A stretch of 64,000 bases of DNA from Tubiluchus corallicola (taxonomy: Eukaryota > Animalia > Priapulida): assembly GCA_030141605.1 (NCBI GenBank), contig JAQGDQ010000113.1:434001-498000 (forward strand), given 5' to 3'. Both the position numbers and the translations under genes were made by a program. Position 1 is the first letter of the stretch; every line of letters starts with the position of its first letter. This document shows positions 40,581 to 52,552 of this stretch, piece by piece. The notes below the pieces were generated by a model. That model was given only the letters and a program-made list of their open reading frames with translations. It was not told the DNA's origin and searched no databases.

Positions 40581-40934
40581 GGACGGATAAACTCCCAGCT
40601 TTCATTCTAGGCTTGTTTTATGTAGAAAAAAGCGCCTGGGATATAAACAGTCATCTAATTGTGGACGAACAGTCAGTTTAGTAAACAAAATACGGTCAAG
40701 TGAGAACTGCAAATAAACTCAATGATTGAAAGATAAAAGTTCAACAAGTGAAACTACAATACTACAGGGTCAAAGAAACAATACAATCACATTTATATCA
40801 TAATTACAATATTTCTGTCTAAATACTGGTCAAGTTATTGCGTATAATAGATGTATTTTAAACTATTTTCAGCTCAGTAGAATGAACACAAAATAATATT
40901 TGCACTTAATATTGTCTTTTTAGTTACACTGGAA

Positions 40935-41455
40935 TACGGCGACTAATTACTGTTTGATCAATTGTGCTGAGTGTGTCTGTGTGTCTGTCTATGAACAGTT
41001 TTTTGTTTGTATGTACGTTTGTCTGTCTGTGGCCAGTCTGTACAGTACAACTGCTAAGTTACAACTAATCTACATTTTGCAGCCACAATGTACAATGCTA
41101 AAGATTTAGTAGTAAGTTAAATATGAATGAAATCTCCTCAGTTTTTGTTGAATACATAAAGCACGAAATCAAATATCACTTTGCAAAAACCCTAGTTTTT
41201 TGAAATTGCAGAAAAATTTAATGCAAATAGGAAACCATGATGAAGCTTTCCAGCAGTGAACCTCACTATTCACATTGGCTGATTTTAACTGAAACGTGAA
41301 AATGGAGCAAAACAGACAGTCGTTTTCATAATTTTTGCTATGTATGCTATTGAGATATCTGCTAGGATGTCACATTTGCCTCTGTGTAAATACGTTTAGG
41401 TCAAATCAAATTAAAAATCAATATATGAAGCATATTGGTGTTTTTCCGTTAATAA
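40935..41455 (+). mobile_element. Possible Helentron-associated (DINE-1/HINE-like) non-autonomous element
   Basis: GTCT/GTGT microsatellite near the left end followed by an AT-rich body typical of such elements; termini not resolved. Confidence 0.4.
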
Positions 41456-41464
41456 TGTGCTAAC

Positions 41465-41496
41465 TTTCTTTCTTTCTTTCTTTCTCTCTCTCTCTC

Positions 41497-41567
<71 letters not shown>

Positions 41568-41580
41568 CTCTCTTACTCTC
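41465..41580. repeat. (CTTT)n/(CT)n microsatellite
   Basis: Directly visible. Confidence 0.95.
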
Positions 41581-42202
41581 TTCAGCCAAACGTGATAAAA
41601 AAACAAAGCACCTTCTCCTATGTTCCTACTCTGAATTAGTTTTTAATAATTATTATAATGATTAATTATATTTATAACTGGCAATGGTTACGTTCTCTAT
41701 ATAGTTTCTGAGATAATCTTGCCGAATTAGAGATCTTTAAAGAATTAAAGAAACGAAAAGCAAATCTGGTACTAAAGAGGAAGCTAAAGAGTTAAATTTC
41801 TCAAACTGTTCAGCATCTCATGAAATGCAAAATGAAATAATTATTATTCATTTTGTGTATATTAGCATTTTGAGTAATAATAACTCACTTCTTAAAGCTG
41901 ATTAAAAATTGTAGAGCAATATAGAAAATGAAGTTTACTGGGGTTTCCAATAAGTCTTTTTTCATTGTGATTGAAGACCTTGTAACTGGAGAGCTAATCA
42001 GACTGTAATATGACATCGAATAAATCTTGACCTCTCTTTCCAGTCGTAAGAAAAGATTATAGTAAAGCGTGAACGTACAATTGCATATATCTAGAAAAAA
42101 TGACTAAGACAAGTCGAACATATTCAATCCTTGGGAGAAAAGTCAATAAATTTCTGCACTTTTTCTTCCTGTTTCTCCCCTTGAGATGGAATATCTCTCA
42201 CT

Positions 42203-42849
42203 CAGAGCCTATGAGAGGTGGGTCCAGCCGGTACTTTGTTCCGGAGCTCAAGAGCTAATAAGTGAAATACAGCAACCATGCAACACCAATCTCCTTTAGG
42301 ACAAGCACTTTCTATTACCCCCCGACACACATGCACTTACATTCACGTACTCAAACATCAGTATACTTATCACACCACACTTACTACTTTTTACTAGTAT
42401 TTATTATTAATTGTTGTAGGCCTGGTTGTATAGACATAATTATTATGATTGCCAGACAAATTGATTTTGATAGTGTTATTAGAAATTTTGCAAACAAAAA
42501 CGCCAGAAAAGAACATTTTAATTAGTACTCTAAATGTTAAATTTGTTTTTTGGTTTTTTGTATTTTCTTTGAAAGCAATTATTATGAAGCTTTAAAAAGC
42601 ATTTCGCTATGAAACAACCTAAAATACGTGATTGGTTAATGTAACCGTAAATACTGATTTATGTTGCAGCATTAATTGAATACGCTTATTACATTATGCT
42701 ATATCTGATTATAAAAATAAACGAGAGTTTATAAGAGTTTACGTGTAGATTTTCTGGGCATCAAATCCTCAATTTAAAAAAATCTTTGCCTGCCTCGGGG
42801 CCCCAAACTGGTCTTTTACCGCTTCGCAAAATTTCTCTTCGAGGCTCTG
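42203..42849 (+). mobile_element. Internally deleted hAT transposon (ZMYM1/Ac-like transposase relic)
   Basis: TIRs CAGAGCCTATGAGAG / CTCTTCGAGGCTCTG; 8-bp TSD CTCTCACT / TTCTCACT (7/8); retains the transposase C-terminus IARQIDFDSVIRNFANKNARKEHFN*. Confidence 0.9.
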
Positions 42850-43289
42850 TTCTCACTTGGTTATTTATCTCTGATCTTACACATATTATGGCATTTACTC
42901 TCTTTCTATCTTTTGTTTTCTCCATTGAACCTACCCCATCCCGTGTACTTCTTTTACAGAGACGCTGTTTACTATTTGCTATAATGTTTGTTTGTCCACT
43001 TTCTCACAGTATTTGCAGAATTACAATTATTCTCATTTACTTGTTAGCAAGGAAACTGCACATAGACAAAACTGTGCTTTATTCTCCTAACACTGTAACA
43101 CATTTTACTGTTTGCTTTGTGAAACAAGCTGCGTTTTGCTCACAGACTTCCTAATTGCTGGAACGTTCCAAATTATGCCATCACGGAAACATCTATGCAG
43201 GAAATAAAAAATTCGGCTATCCGAAAATTTGTTGAATATTTCACAGGTAATTCACAGTGACTGGATGATTTACTAACTTTTTTATTTAG

Positions 43290-43515
43290 TTATTCGTGTA
43301 TTTATTCATTCATTAATGTAGTTATTCGTGTATTTATTCATTCATTTATTTATTCATTCATTCATTCGTTCGTTCGATCGTTTATTCATTCATTCTTTCT
43401 TCTTTTTTCTTTCTTGCTTTCTTTCAATCATTCATTCATTCACTCATTTATTCACTCATTCATTCATTCACTTACTCACTTACTCCCCCATTCATCCATG
43501 ATTCATTTATTCATT
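43290..43515. repeat. (ATTC)n/(ATTT)n microsatellite
   Basis: Directly visible. Confidence 0.9.
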
Positions 43516-44832
43516 TTCACACAGCTACGTCCCAAAATGTTGTGCCCAAGGCCTAACAAGTCATGGACGTTGTATATTTATTAAAAGACCAAATGTTCGA
43601 AATTCCTAGTTGATTTAAACGTAGCAAATTTCACTGATATAGCTCATTAGGCCATGACACCACGGCGCAATAGGCCAGTGGCACGCGCGATATTCGTCAT
43701 TATAAACTATAATTGATATAACTAAATCATTACAGTAAATTAAGTTAAAGTGTAACACACAATTATGGCAAGTGTTAAACTCAATTTAGCAGGTTAAATA
43801 TCGACCTACACAAAAACTGGAACAACAACGGGTTAATTTCTTTTAGTTTTTGTACAGCTGTACAATGTACATGGTAGAAGCGCAAAAATACACAGTTCAC
43901 TCTGACAGAGCACATTTTTAATTCAAAGTGCAGAAAAATTAACGGAGTATACTAAGGTAAATAAAATCAAATAAAGACAGAAAAAACCCAAGAGATGTTT
44001 GTATTTTGTTTCTTTGCTCTTGCGTTCTGTGCACAACAGCTAAATACATGAGTAGTGATGTACTGATAGCAGAGATGCTTAAAAAGTTTAAATTGTATCT
44101 TTAAGATGCTTAAAAAGAAGTGCAAATTTACAAAACTTTTGAATATCTCATACAAAAGAGAAACTTTTTCGCATATTTCTATATTCTGGATAGCTTGCAA
44201 AAATGGCTACAACTTTCAAAAAAAAAATCTAAAGAGTTACAACTGCACGCTTTTCTTAGTTAAAAAGAATCTTTTTTCGGTATGATGCTGTGAAGTAAAA
44301 ACTACTCAGATGAATTAAAACGTTGAATTTTCTGTCACTTAAATCTGTTGTACAACAAGCAGTTGCAGACGAACCGTAGTTTGCTTGATTTACTCAAGTA
44401 CTAATAAGTTGGAAAACTTTTTCGAAGGCAGGCACTAAAGCAAAGAGACAGAAGGTTTTTTTACAATGGGTAGTGCCATTAGTACAAATCTTTATATCTG
44501 TGTATTTTCCAGAAGTAATTAATTAATTATGCAAAAATGTTGTTGAAAAGGTTGAATCACCAGCAGAACCGTGAAATGCTCTGTAATAATTTGCGCCAAG
44601 TAGCAACCGTAAAAGAGAGAAGACTGAATTTAACTGTGCTGGCGACGTTTTAAAGTATAGACTTGTAACTGATAAAGAAAAAATAGTTTCTAGTTTCTAT
44701 ATGTGTTACTTCATGAAATTTATAGCTAATAGCTAATCACAAAATGCAAATTCGTTTGACCCATTTTTTGTCATCTCAACTTTTACCAGTGACCCTCTTG
44801 ACCAATTTCTTTATTATTTTCTTCGAAATACT

Positions 44833-44985
44833 ACTTAGCGACTACAGTGATATATATTTTTTTCGTCAAATGTAACCAGTCTAAGGTAGAAAATTAAAAA
44901 AGTGGAAACAATTGTGCGACTTAGCGACTACAATGATATTTTTTTCGTCAAATGTAGCCAGTCTAAGGTAGAAAATTAAAAACGT
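44833..44985. repeat. ~85-bp direct tandem duplication
   Basis: ACTTAGCGACTACA..TTCGTCAAATGTA(A/G)CCAGTCTAAGGTAGAAAATTAAAAA occurs twice. Confidence 0.9.
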
Positions 44986-45143
44986 GTGCGCAAAAACAAG
45001 AAAAATTTCCCTAATGACTCCTTCAGTTAAGGAATGTTTCGCGAAAAAAATATCACACTCGTATTGAACCTGATAAATAACGAACATTTATTGATTGAAT
45101 TGAATGTAAGTGCTATTATTATAGAATATAGTTTTCACCTTTT

Positions 45144-45244
45144 GGTAAAGTTTACAATTCCTGCAGACAAGAAATTTGTTCGTGAAGCAGTTTAGGGTTA
45201 GGGTTAGGGTAGTTAAATTGTGTGGGGAATTGTAAACGCTTTCC
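45144..45244. mobile_element. ~100-bp inverted-repeat element carrying (TTAGGG)3
   Basis: GTTTACAATTCC ... TTAGGGTTAGGGTTAGGG ... GGAATTGTAAAC; the same terminus recurs at ~50645. Confidence 0.65.
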
Positions 45245-46313
45245 TTACTTTTTTACTACGTGATGTAAATGCTATATTCATGATTCTATATAGATTTTAG
45301 ACTAGCCTTTACGGTGAAATAAAGTAATCTAATGTAATCCAGTCTAATCTAATCTGTTCTAATTTAATTTAATCTAATCTAATCTAATCAAGTCTAATAG
45401 TCAATAATCAAATCTAACCACATCTATTTGTTGTTGCCATAATAGCAATACCTATGTCTTTCGTAATCTAGCGTTTAATGCGATATAGATAGGCAAATGC
45501 GAATGAAATATGGGGGGGGGTGATTGTGTGTACTATATAGCATACAATAGTGTGCTTTATCATTTTTTATATAATGCTGTATCACTTATTTTGTACGTTG
45601 TTAAAGCATAATACAACACTATTCACTATATCTTACAAAAAACTAAAAAGATTCGTGTTGAAATTTCATGTTACGTACATGCTGCTTATTGCACATATAG
45701 CTTGCGCTATCTGTATAAATTTATAAATAAACTAAATTTAAACTTATAAATTTAAAGTCCACAATGACCATTAGGCGCGGCTATTTTTACAGTAAGTTGC
45801 TTGAAACCAGTTTAGAAAACTTTGCGTAAAGTTTGAAAGAATAATCAGAACATTCGTAGCACACTCTTCGCCGCCTAAGCAAAAAATAAAAATTACTTTA
45901 TTTTGTCAGTAAAATTTATAATATATTTGTAGGTGAGCCAGTAACGTCTTTTTTGGTGCACACTGGGATAGTCATTTTACCAGTTGGGACGAACATTTTT
46001 TTTTCCAATTACGTAAGTAAGCCTTTCAAATAGGTAAGCGTAATGCTAATTTTAAAATTCCCCGTTTTTTCTTTAATGGAAGAAGATTCTGAAATAAAAG
46101 TTTAAATTCAAATTTCAAAATTCGAATCTAATCTAATCTGATTAAACAAGTAATCCAACAGAACTGCGCAAAAATTTGTCTCTGATTGAGGCAGGAAACT
46201 GAGATGTTGATTCGAAGTTTGACGGGGAGGAAATGCGCCTTGTTGCAATCGATACAGATTGCAGGTTTTATAGTCGTTTAATCGGGAGTGATCTGGAATA
46301 ATTAGAAAAATAC

Positions 46314-46388
46314 CTCTGCTAACAATTGACCACAAGGGGTCGTGAACTTTCGGAATACAACGCCAGGGACGATTATGCAGATACCGCT
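46314..46388 (-). CDS. Small secreted protein, probable 75-nt phase-0 exon (SGICIIVPGVVFRKFTTPCGQLLAE)
   Basis: aattgTAG| acceptor (weak), GAG|GTATTT donor, frame-preserving and open, adds two Cys. Confidence 0.45.
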
Positions 46389-46581
46389 CTACAATTTATT
46401 ATTTATGGAAAATTAATGCGGCATTCCCAGGCAACTTTTCAATAACTGTAACCGTAATACGCGTGATAAAAATACACATATAATACCCTTTTAAATGAGC
46501 TGCAAAAAGGCAGGCATGTGTGACTTATCACAATAAGAGATTTTACATAAGTTCAAATTTCATTGCTCTGCTTGAACTTAC

Positions 46582-46653
46582 CTGATAATCACCTGTAACT
46601 TTTTGTCCTCTGAGATTCCTTCTACAGGCTCCAAGACACGGAGCCAGCCAAAA
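46582..46653 (-). CDS. Small secreted protein, exon 2 (FWLAPCLGACRRNLRGQKVTGDYQ)
   Basis: Branch-like ttactgat plus ccgtttttgtTAG| acceptor; perfect CAG|GTAAGT donor; 72 nt. Confidence 0.75.
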
Positions 46654-46854
46654 CTAACAAAAACGGAAATCAGTAAATGGGCCAGTACTTACTGTTGATC
46701 ATCATAATGACAATTATTAGTTATTAAGAGGAAAAAACAACAAGTCACAATCAAATTCACATCAGTTCAGTCTCTATGGATCATATTATACAAAATTACT
46801 TCATGAAAGCCTAATGCCACCAGTGATGTCAAAGAAAGCGCATAATAGATAAGT

Positions 46855-47345
46855 ACACAAATTCCCAGTCTCCAAGTTATAACACGTCTTCATATACACT
46901 GTAAAATTCTTTACGTTACACAAAGTCTTTAAATAAACAGATTTCAAGACTTAAAGTTAACACAGTCGTTAGGTACACAGCTTCATGGTCTTTAAGTTAC
47001 ACAAAATCTTCATGTACCAAGATTCACAGTCTTTTAGTTACATTAGTTACACAAAGTCTTCATATATGCAGATCCCCAGTCTTCGAGCTGAACTCCCAGA
47101 AAGTTCTCAGATACACCAATTTGCAGTCCTCAAATTACACAGCTTTCAGTTGCGGAGGTTCACAGTCTTTTTAGTTACACAAAATTTTCATACGCATTGA
47201 TTCACAGTTTTTAAGTCATATAAAATCCTCAGGTAGTCAGGTACACAGTTACACTATATGAAGTTTTCGGATACATAGAGTAATCAGCCTCTGGAAAAAT
47301 ACATTTTACAGTCTTCCAGCTGCACAGTCTTCAGACACACAGGCA
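46855..47345. repeat. Degenerate minisatellite (CACAGTCTT / AGTTACACAAA units)
   Basis: Recurrent motifs roughly every 20-40 bp. Confidence 0.75.
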
Positions 47346-48753
47346 AAATTTCTATATACACTTTCTGAATAATTATTTTTCTGTCACGCATCACATCAAA
47401 AAATTACTCAATAAATAATATAACCACTAGTAACACTAAAGATAGATAAAATGCAGCACGGTAGATCGATCACGTGTCAATAATCTTTCTGCGATCAAAA
47501 CGTTTTGTTCAGAAGCAGACCTGCCCGCGTGATATACGAAAATGAAAACTCCCCAAAAAGAAAGACTAAAGAAGGATAAAAGCAGGACACAACAGCAGTA
47601 TAGATAATGTTCACAGTGTAGGCTATAAGCTGCCAACAAGCACTTCCCTGTCTAACCCAGACCAGCAGCTTTGGAACAACTGACTTTGCCTAGGGGGCAT
47701 ACCTACACCGGTGGCAAAACGGAAGAGTTTCTTTTATGTGTCCCCCAATAAAATAATACTCATTTACAATCGGTAAGAATTCGCTATTTGGAGCAGTTAT
47801 CGATTACAGTAATCAGCAAAAATTAAATATTAGTGTTAACAGATTGTGTTTTGATATTGGTTTCTTGCTGTTAGCTGCCCTCTAAATGATGAAATTTGCT
47901 ATTAACTTAATTGCGATTACTGAACAGAGGCATTGTAATTCATAGTCACTTCCTAGTTGCCGCCATCATAATTATTCAGAATTAAACTTTGTGTAAAGCC
48001 GATAATAGATCGAGTGTAATAGCTCTAGCTATGCGAAAAATCGATAAGTTGTAAACACGGTCTTGTGAAAAGACTTTAAACAGTAAACTGTACCCATCTG
48101 TACTTGTGTGCGACACTATAGCTTTTTCAAAACTTTTTGTTACCGTGTCTTGTTGTAAAAGAAATTACGTGACACAAAAGTAATTCGTTTATACTTTTCA
48201 GTCTGCATTGTTATGCTTGTAAAAAGCAGTATTCCTGACTTCGCATATTTCAACGTCACAGTACTTTACGAAATACTAACTAAAGTAGTTTAAACTTCGC
48301 TGATTTTAGTTCCAATATTTTTAATTGTATTGATACCATCCTTGCTTGCTGCCCTGCCTGAAAAATTGCTGAATGAAATTGCGGGCTTTCCTGTAAGATA
48401 TGTATGTCTTAAAATGTATTTTAAGAAAAGCTACAAGGAAATATTTAACCTACTTTATATCACAGAAAACAACATCTGTGTCAAATTAACAATCGTTCAG
48501 AAACTTCAAGATTCTCGAGTTTGGATACTGCTAGGGGGGGGGGGGGGGGTGAACAATGTTAAAACACTCAGTTTCTCAATGGAGGCCTATTGAGTTTGCT
48601 AACATTGTCAGTATCGTGCGACTTTTTCCACATTTGATGGTTTCCTTGATCTATTGAAGATGATCATTTCTTTCCTTGAGCTGTCTTTACAGCTTTATGC
48701 AGTTTCCCACCCAGGGCTACTTGCCTCTTCCTGAACAACATGTAACATCTCAC

Positions 48754-48810
48754 GAGGAAGCCAGCCACAGACGCAATAGTAAAAATTCTTCTAACGCCAA
48801 TATGTGCCAT
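48754..48810 (-). CDS. Small secreted protein, exon 1 (MAHIGVRRIFTIASVAGFL)
   Basis: caggATGG start context; CTC|GTGAGA donor in phase 0; joining to exon 2 gives one continuous signal-peptide-like hydrophobic core. Confidence 0.6.
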
Positions 48811-48820
48811 CCTGATGGAA

Positions 48821-48852
48821 TCAAGACGCAGCTGCGGGCTCGCAGTTTTATA
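48821..48852 (-). promoter_or_regulatory. TATA box and initiator-like site
   Basis: TATAAAA at 48852-48846 on the minus strand, 31 nt before the A of cttgAttcc (48821), which lies 11 nt before the ATG. Confidence 0.6.
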
Positions 48853-50640
48853 CAGTATCTAGTTCGACAAAATCCATTTCACGTTTTTGTAGTTTAAGCG
48901 TAAAACTATTCCTTTGCAAGCGGCGAAGCAGAGGTTTTTAAAAGTGTTTCAAATATCCAACCATCTCATTGTTTACAACACCCTTAAAGTGTGCTACGAT
49001 TTGCATAATTTGTTCAGTTATCTATAGGTGACGCCACGATATAATCTTAGATTTGCATAATAATTAGCTTGAGACAATAAAGATGTTTTATCGTTAGTTT
49101 TTTTTATTATAATCTTGTTGAAGAAGTAGTAAAGTTCACAAAATAAAAGATAAGTAATAAAATAAACAAAGGGTAATAGTTCTTGAATAAGGTGGGCAGA
49201 ATAGTATGGCTGTCCATCACAGAGAGGACCGACAACAACATTAAACAAATTAAAAATTAAAAATTAAAATAGACAAGCATATCCTATAATAAAAATTTTT
49301 ACATAAATTTAAAAAACAGGCGATGCGAAATTAATGAAACTTGTCAAAAAATAAAGCGCACAAGATGAATAGAACTTTAAATGACTACGCATATCCTAAA
49401 ATTAATAAACTTGTTTTAAAATAAAACAATTTTACGTAAAAACAAAAAATTATGTGAAACTCTCAAAACAAACACACATCTTTGACGCAATGGATTCCTA
49501 AAAGGACTTTGAAAGTACTATACTGGGAACTTTAAAAGTCCTATCCTGGGCCCAGTGTTGTATGAATTCACCGAAGGCCATTTTGTGCTTAAATCTGCAA
49601 CATTCTTACATCAATGATGTGTCTCGTGAACCAGGCTGTGTCCGCGTGCAATCACATTCCTATGACAATGTGAATTTTGGGTAAATTTTAGTCACAGAAG
49701 TTACTGCCCCCGTTTTCCAGGTTCAAATCCAGACTCAGTTAAACGTTTTCAGATTTCCTACCGGGTAAGTCTCTTTCAAAAATTCAGTGGATTCATTCCA
49801 TCACAGATAATGATCCTGCAATGAGTTAAGCATAACTAATTAATAAATAAATAATTGAGCATAAATAATTCAGAATAAATCACAAATAATTAGTTGTCCA
49901 TCAATTTTCATCCAAAAACAAGCAAGATTTAAAAAAGTTCAAAATACATCAATGGCGGTAAATGTAAATTGATTACAACTGAAAACTGCACTCAAAATAA
50001 GAGTTTGACTGATTTCAAGGCACAAAAAATTTATTGACATCTTTGGCACTCTGAAAAAAGTTTTCCATGATTAATATTCGCTTCATATTTGCATAATTAT
50101 TGATGCCACAAAAAATCATAAAATTCGTTGAGATTACTTTACAAAAGATAGACGTAGTTCTGCAGTAAAGATCTTAACGGGCTGGTAATAATTTAACAAT
50201 TTGCATGGTATCGCCACCGAGCGGCAGATCCTTAAAATATTTTGTTCATATTGCGAACACAAGTCATTTTATAATAAAACATACTTACTAGAAAAACAGC
50301 TTTCGCGGTCGCAATTTGTGTGGTCACTAGTATTTCTGCGTGAGTTGTGCGTCAGTTTATTATTTAATTGCATAAGCAGTTATAATGACAAAACAATTTT
50401 AAAGGTACATTTCTTCCCCTTAATTATTGAATTTTAACGCATAGGTGCTTAAAGAAGAGACAAACTATTTTCTTAAATAGTAGTCACTTCACAATATAAG
50501 ACCTTACAGCAAAAATAATATTAAGTTACAGCAATTTTTATTGATTTTTTTCTCTTTCACAAATTTGATTCATTATGTAATTTAGAAAATATCAAAATGG
50601 CTAGGTTTAGGACCAAAATAAATTTACAAAAAAGAACAAC

Positions 50641-50802
50641 GAAAGGAGTTTACAATTCCCCACAAACCCTACCAACTTAAAAACCCTAACATTAACCCTA
50701 GCTCGATCCCTAAACCTAAACCCAACCCGAAACCTAACCCTAACCCCAACACTCACCCTAACCTCAATCCTAACCCTAAGCCCAACCCAATTCTAACCCT
50801 AA
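50641..50802. repeat. Degenerate interstitial telomere-like (CCCTAA)n array with the same terminus as the 45144 element
   Basis: GTTTACAATTCCCCACA followed by roughly 20 degenerate CCCTAA units. Confidence 0.8.
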
Positions 50803-52349
50803 TTTGATTCATGAACTAATTCTTTTCTGGTATGCTTTTCTTTTTCAAAATGATGATGTCGAAATAATGATGACAAAAATGATGATTTCGAAAATTAAGT
50901 TGTTTCAGACACATTATGAAGATACTATAAATGAGAGTCCTAGATCCTCCCTAAAAACTTGCAACCACCACTACTGGATTCGACATCCAACAAAGGTGCA
51001 AGTTTTTATTGAAATTGTTTCACCTGAATTGCAGGTAACACGAGCGGGAATTAAATTACAAAACTTGTAACGCAAGACAAAGACCCCATGCCTCATGAAT
51101 TTTCAAGTCACGGGGTACAAGCAGGTGTACAGGAAATGAAAAATGTAGATCATTTAAACATCTTTCGTATGTTACACGTGAGAAGAGTTGAGATACGTTA
51201 AAACAGTAGTATGCACCATAACTTCTCAACAATATTAATTACATTATTAAAACAGAAATAATTCTTAATGACAAGAGCGTGAACAAATGGCAAAAAAACG
51301 AAAAAGACACAATGATTTAGACCACCCTACTGCACCTGTGAAATAGCTGATGTTCTAACTACTGCGTTATTTGGGGTTCGAATTCTGGATAACACACATT
51401 TATTCAGGACCGTCCTGCTTCTGAATGTGACCTTCCTGTTCATTTCTGATAGTTCTCCTCATATTGTACTTAATTAGCCTTCTCTCACCATTATAAGCCC
51501 AAAAATAGCATTTTATGAAGCTTTACGTTTTGTACCATCATTTTTCCTTTCTGGATTGAAACGACGTGTCTTTATGTGTCTTTCGCAGAAATAAAGTTGC
51601 CATAAGGTCTACAGGAAACATCAGTATCTTTAGGCTTACTTGGACACTTGAATAATCAGAAATCAGCACCGATGCTGCCACCTATACAGAACAATATAAG
51701 CACTAAATGCAGATAGTTACGGCATTACTGGTAATAAAGAAAAAATGTGCGAATTTAGGGGGTGGGCCCTATGGGGTCCCCATGGATATTATTTAAGTAT
51801 CCAAGTATTCAGTGAAATTGATATTTTCGGGTATGGCAGTTTCATTTCTGCTATGATTTCCAAATGATAGAAATGATAGATTTTTTGTTTCTCTACCGTA
51901 AAAATTGCACAACCAAACTAGGAAGACTTGGAAAATATGGTAGCAAAATTGGTCCATTTTGTGAAGTTTTCGTTAAATTTAGGCGAGTCAAGTAAACAAA
52001 CAAAAAACTTTCTATCAGTTTACTCAGCGCCTACCTCAAGAGGTTTGGAAACTGATACTCTTTTACTGAGTTTACTTTTTTCACTAAAATACACACGAGC
52101 TCTTTACACACTGTCACTGAAAGCCAGTACACAGGTTTAAATGACTAACCTAGGAAACAAGGGCAAGCAAACCACTCCAAAAACTCCCATACAGACCTAG
52201 GCAGTGGACAACCTCTGCTACCATTCCATCTAAGCAGCTAACAGTGAGGGCTGTTATTACCTCTATTGTGATTCTGTTTGCTGCTTTAGCCAGTGAACAT
52301 TTAAATGACCAATTTAAACATTTGGGTAGCAGAAAATTGCCCTTTCCTG

Positions 52350-52552
52350 TTTAAATGGCGGAACGGTCCTTCAAATAATCGTTTCGGGAATTGTGTCTGA
52401 GAGAGGCTGTGAGCTCTTTGAATTGCTCTGGTGTGTGGCTGTGTGCGTTAGTGATTTCGGCCGTTTTCAACACCTTGAAGATCGCGGGAAAGCCGAACAA
52501 TGTTGCTTTTAAGAAGGAAAAAATAAAGATTAGTTCTCGTTTGTTAATCGAG
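52350..52552 (+). promoter_or_regulatory. CpG-richer promoter / non-coding first exon, probably of the plus-strand gene
   Basis: YY1-type AAATGGCGG at 52353, locally elevated CpG, donor GAG|GTAGGT at 52552/52553. Confidence 0.5.

Noticed and set aside
46855-47345. Spaced recurring motifs superficially like a CRISPR array
   Set aside because: Units are degenerate with no constant repeat plus unique spacer, there are no cas genes, and the context is eukaryotic.
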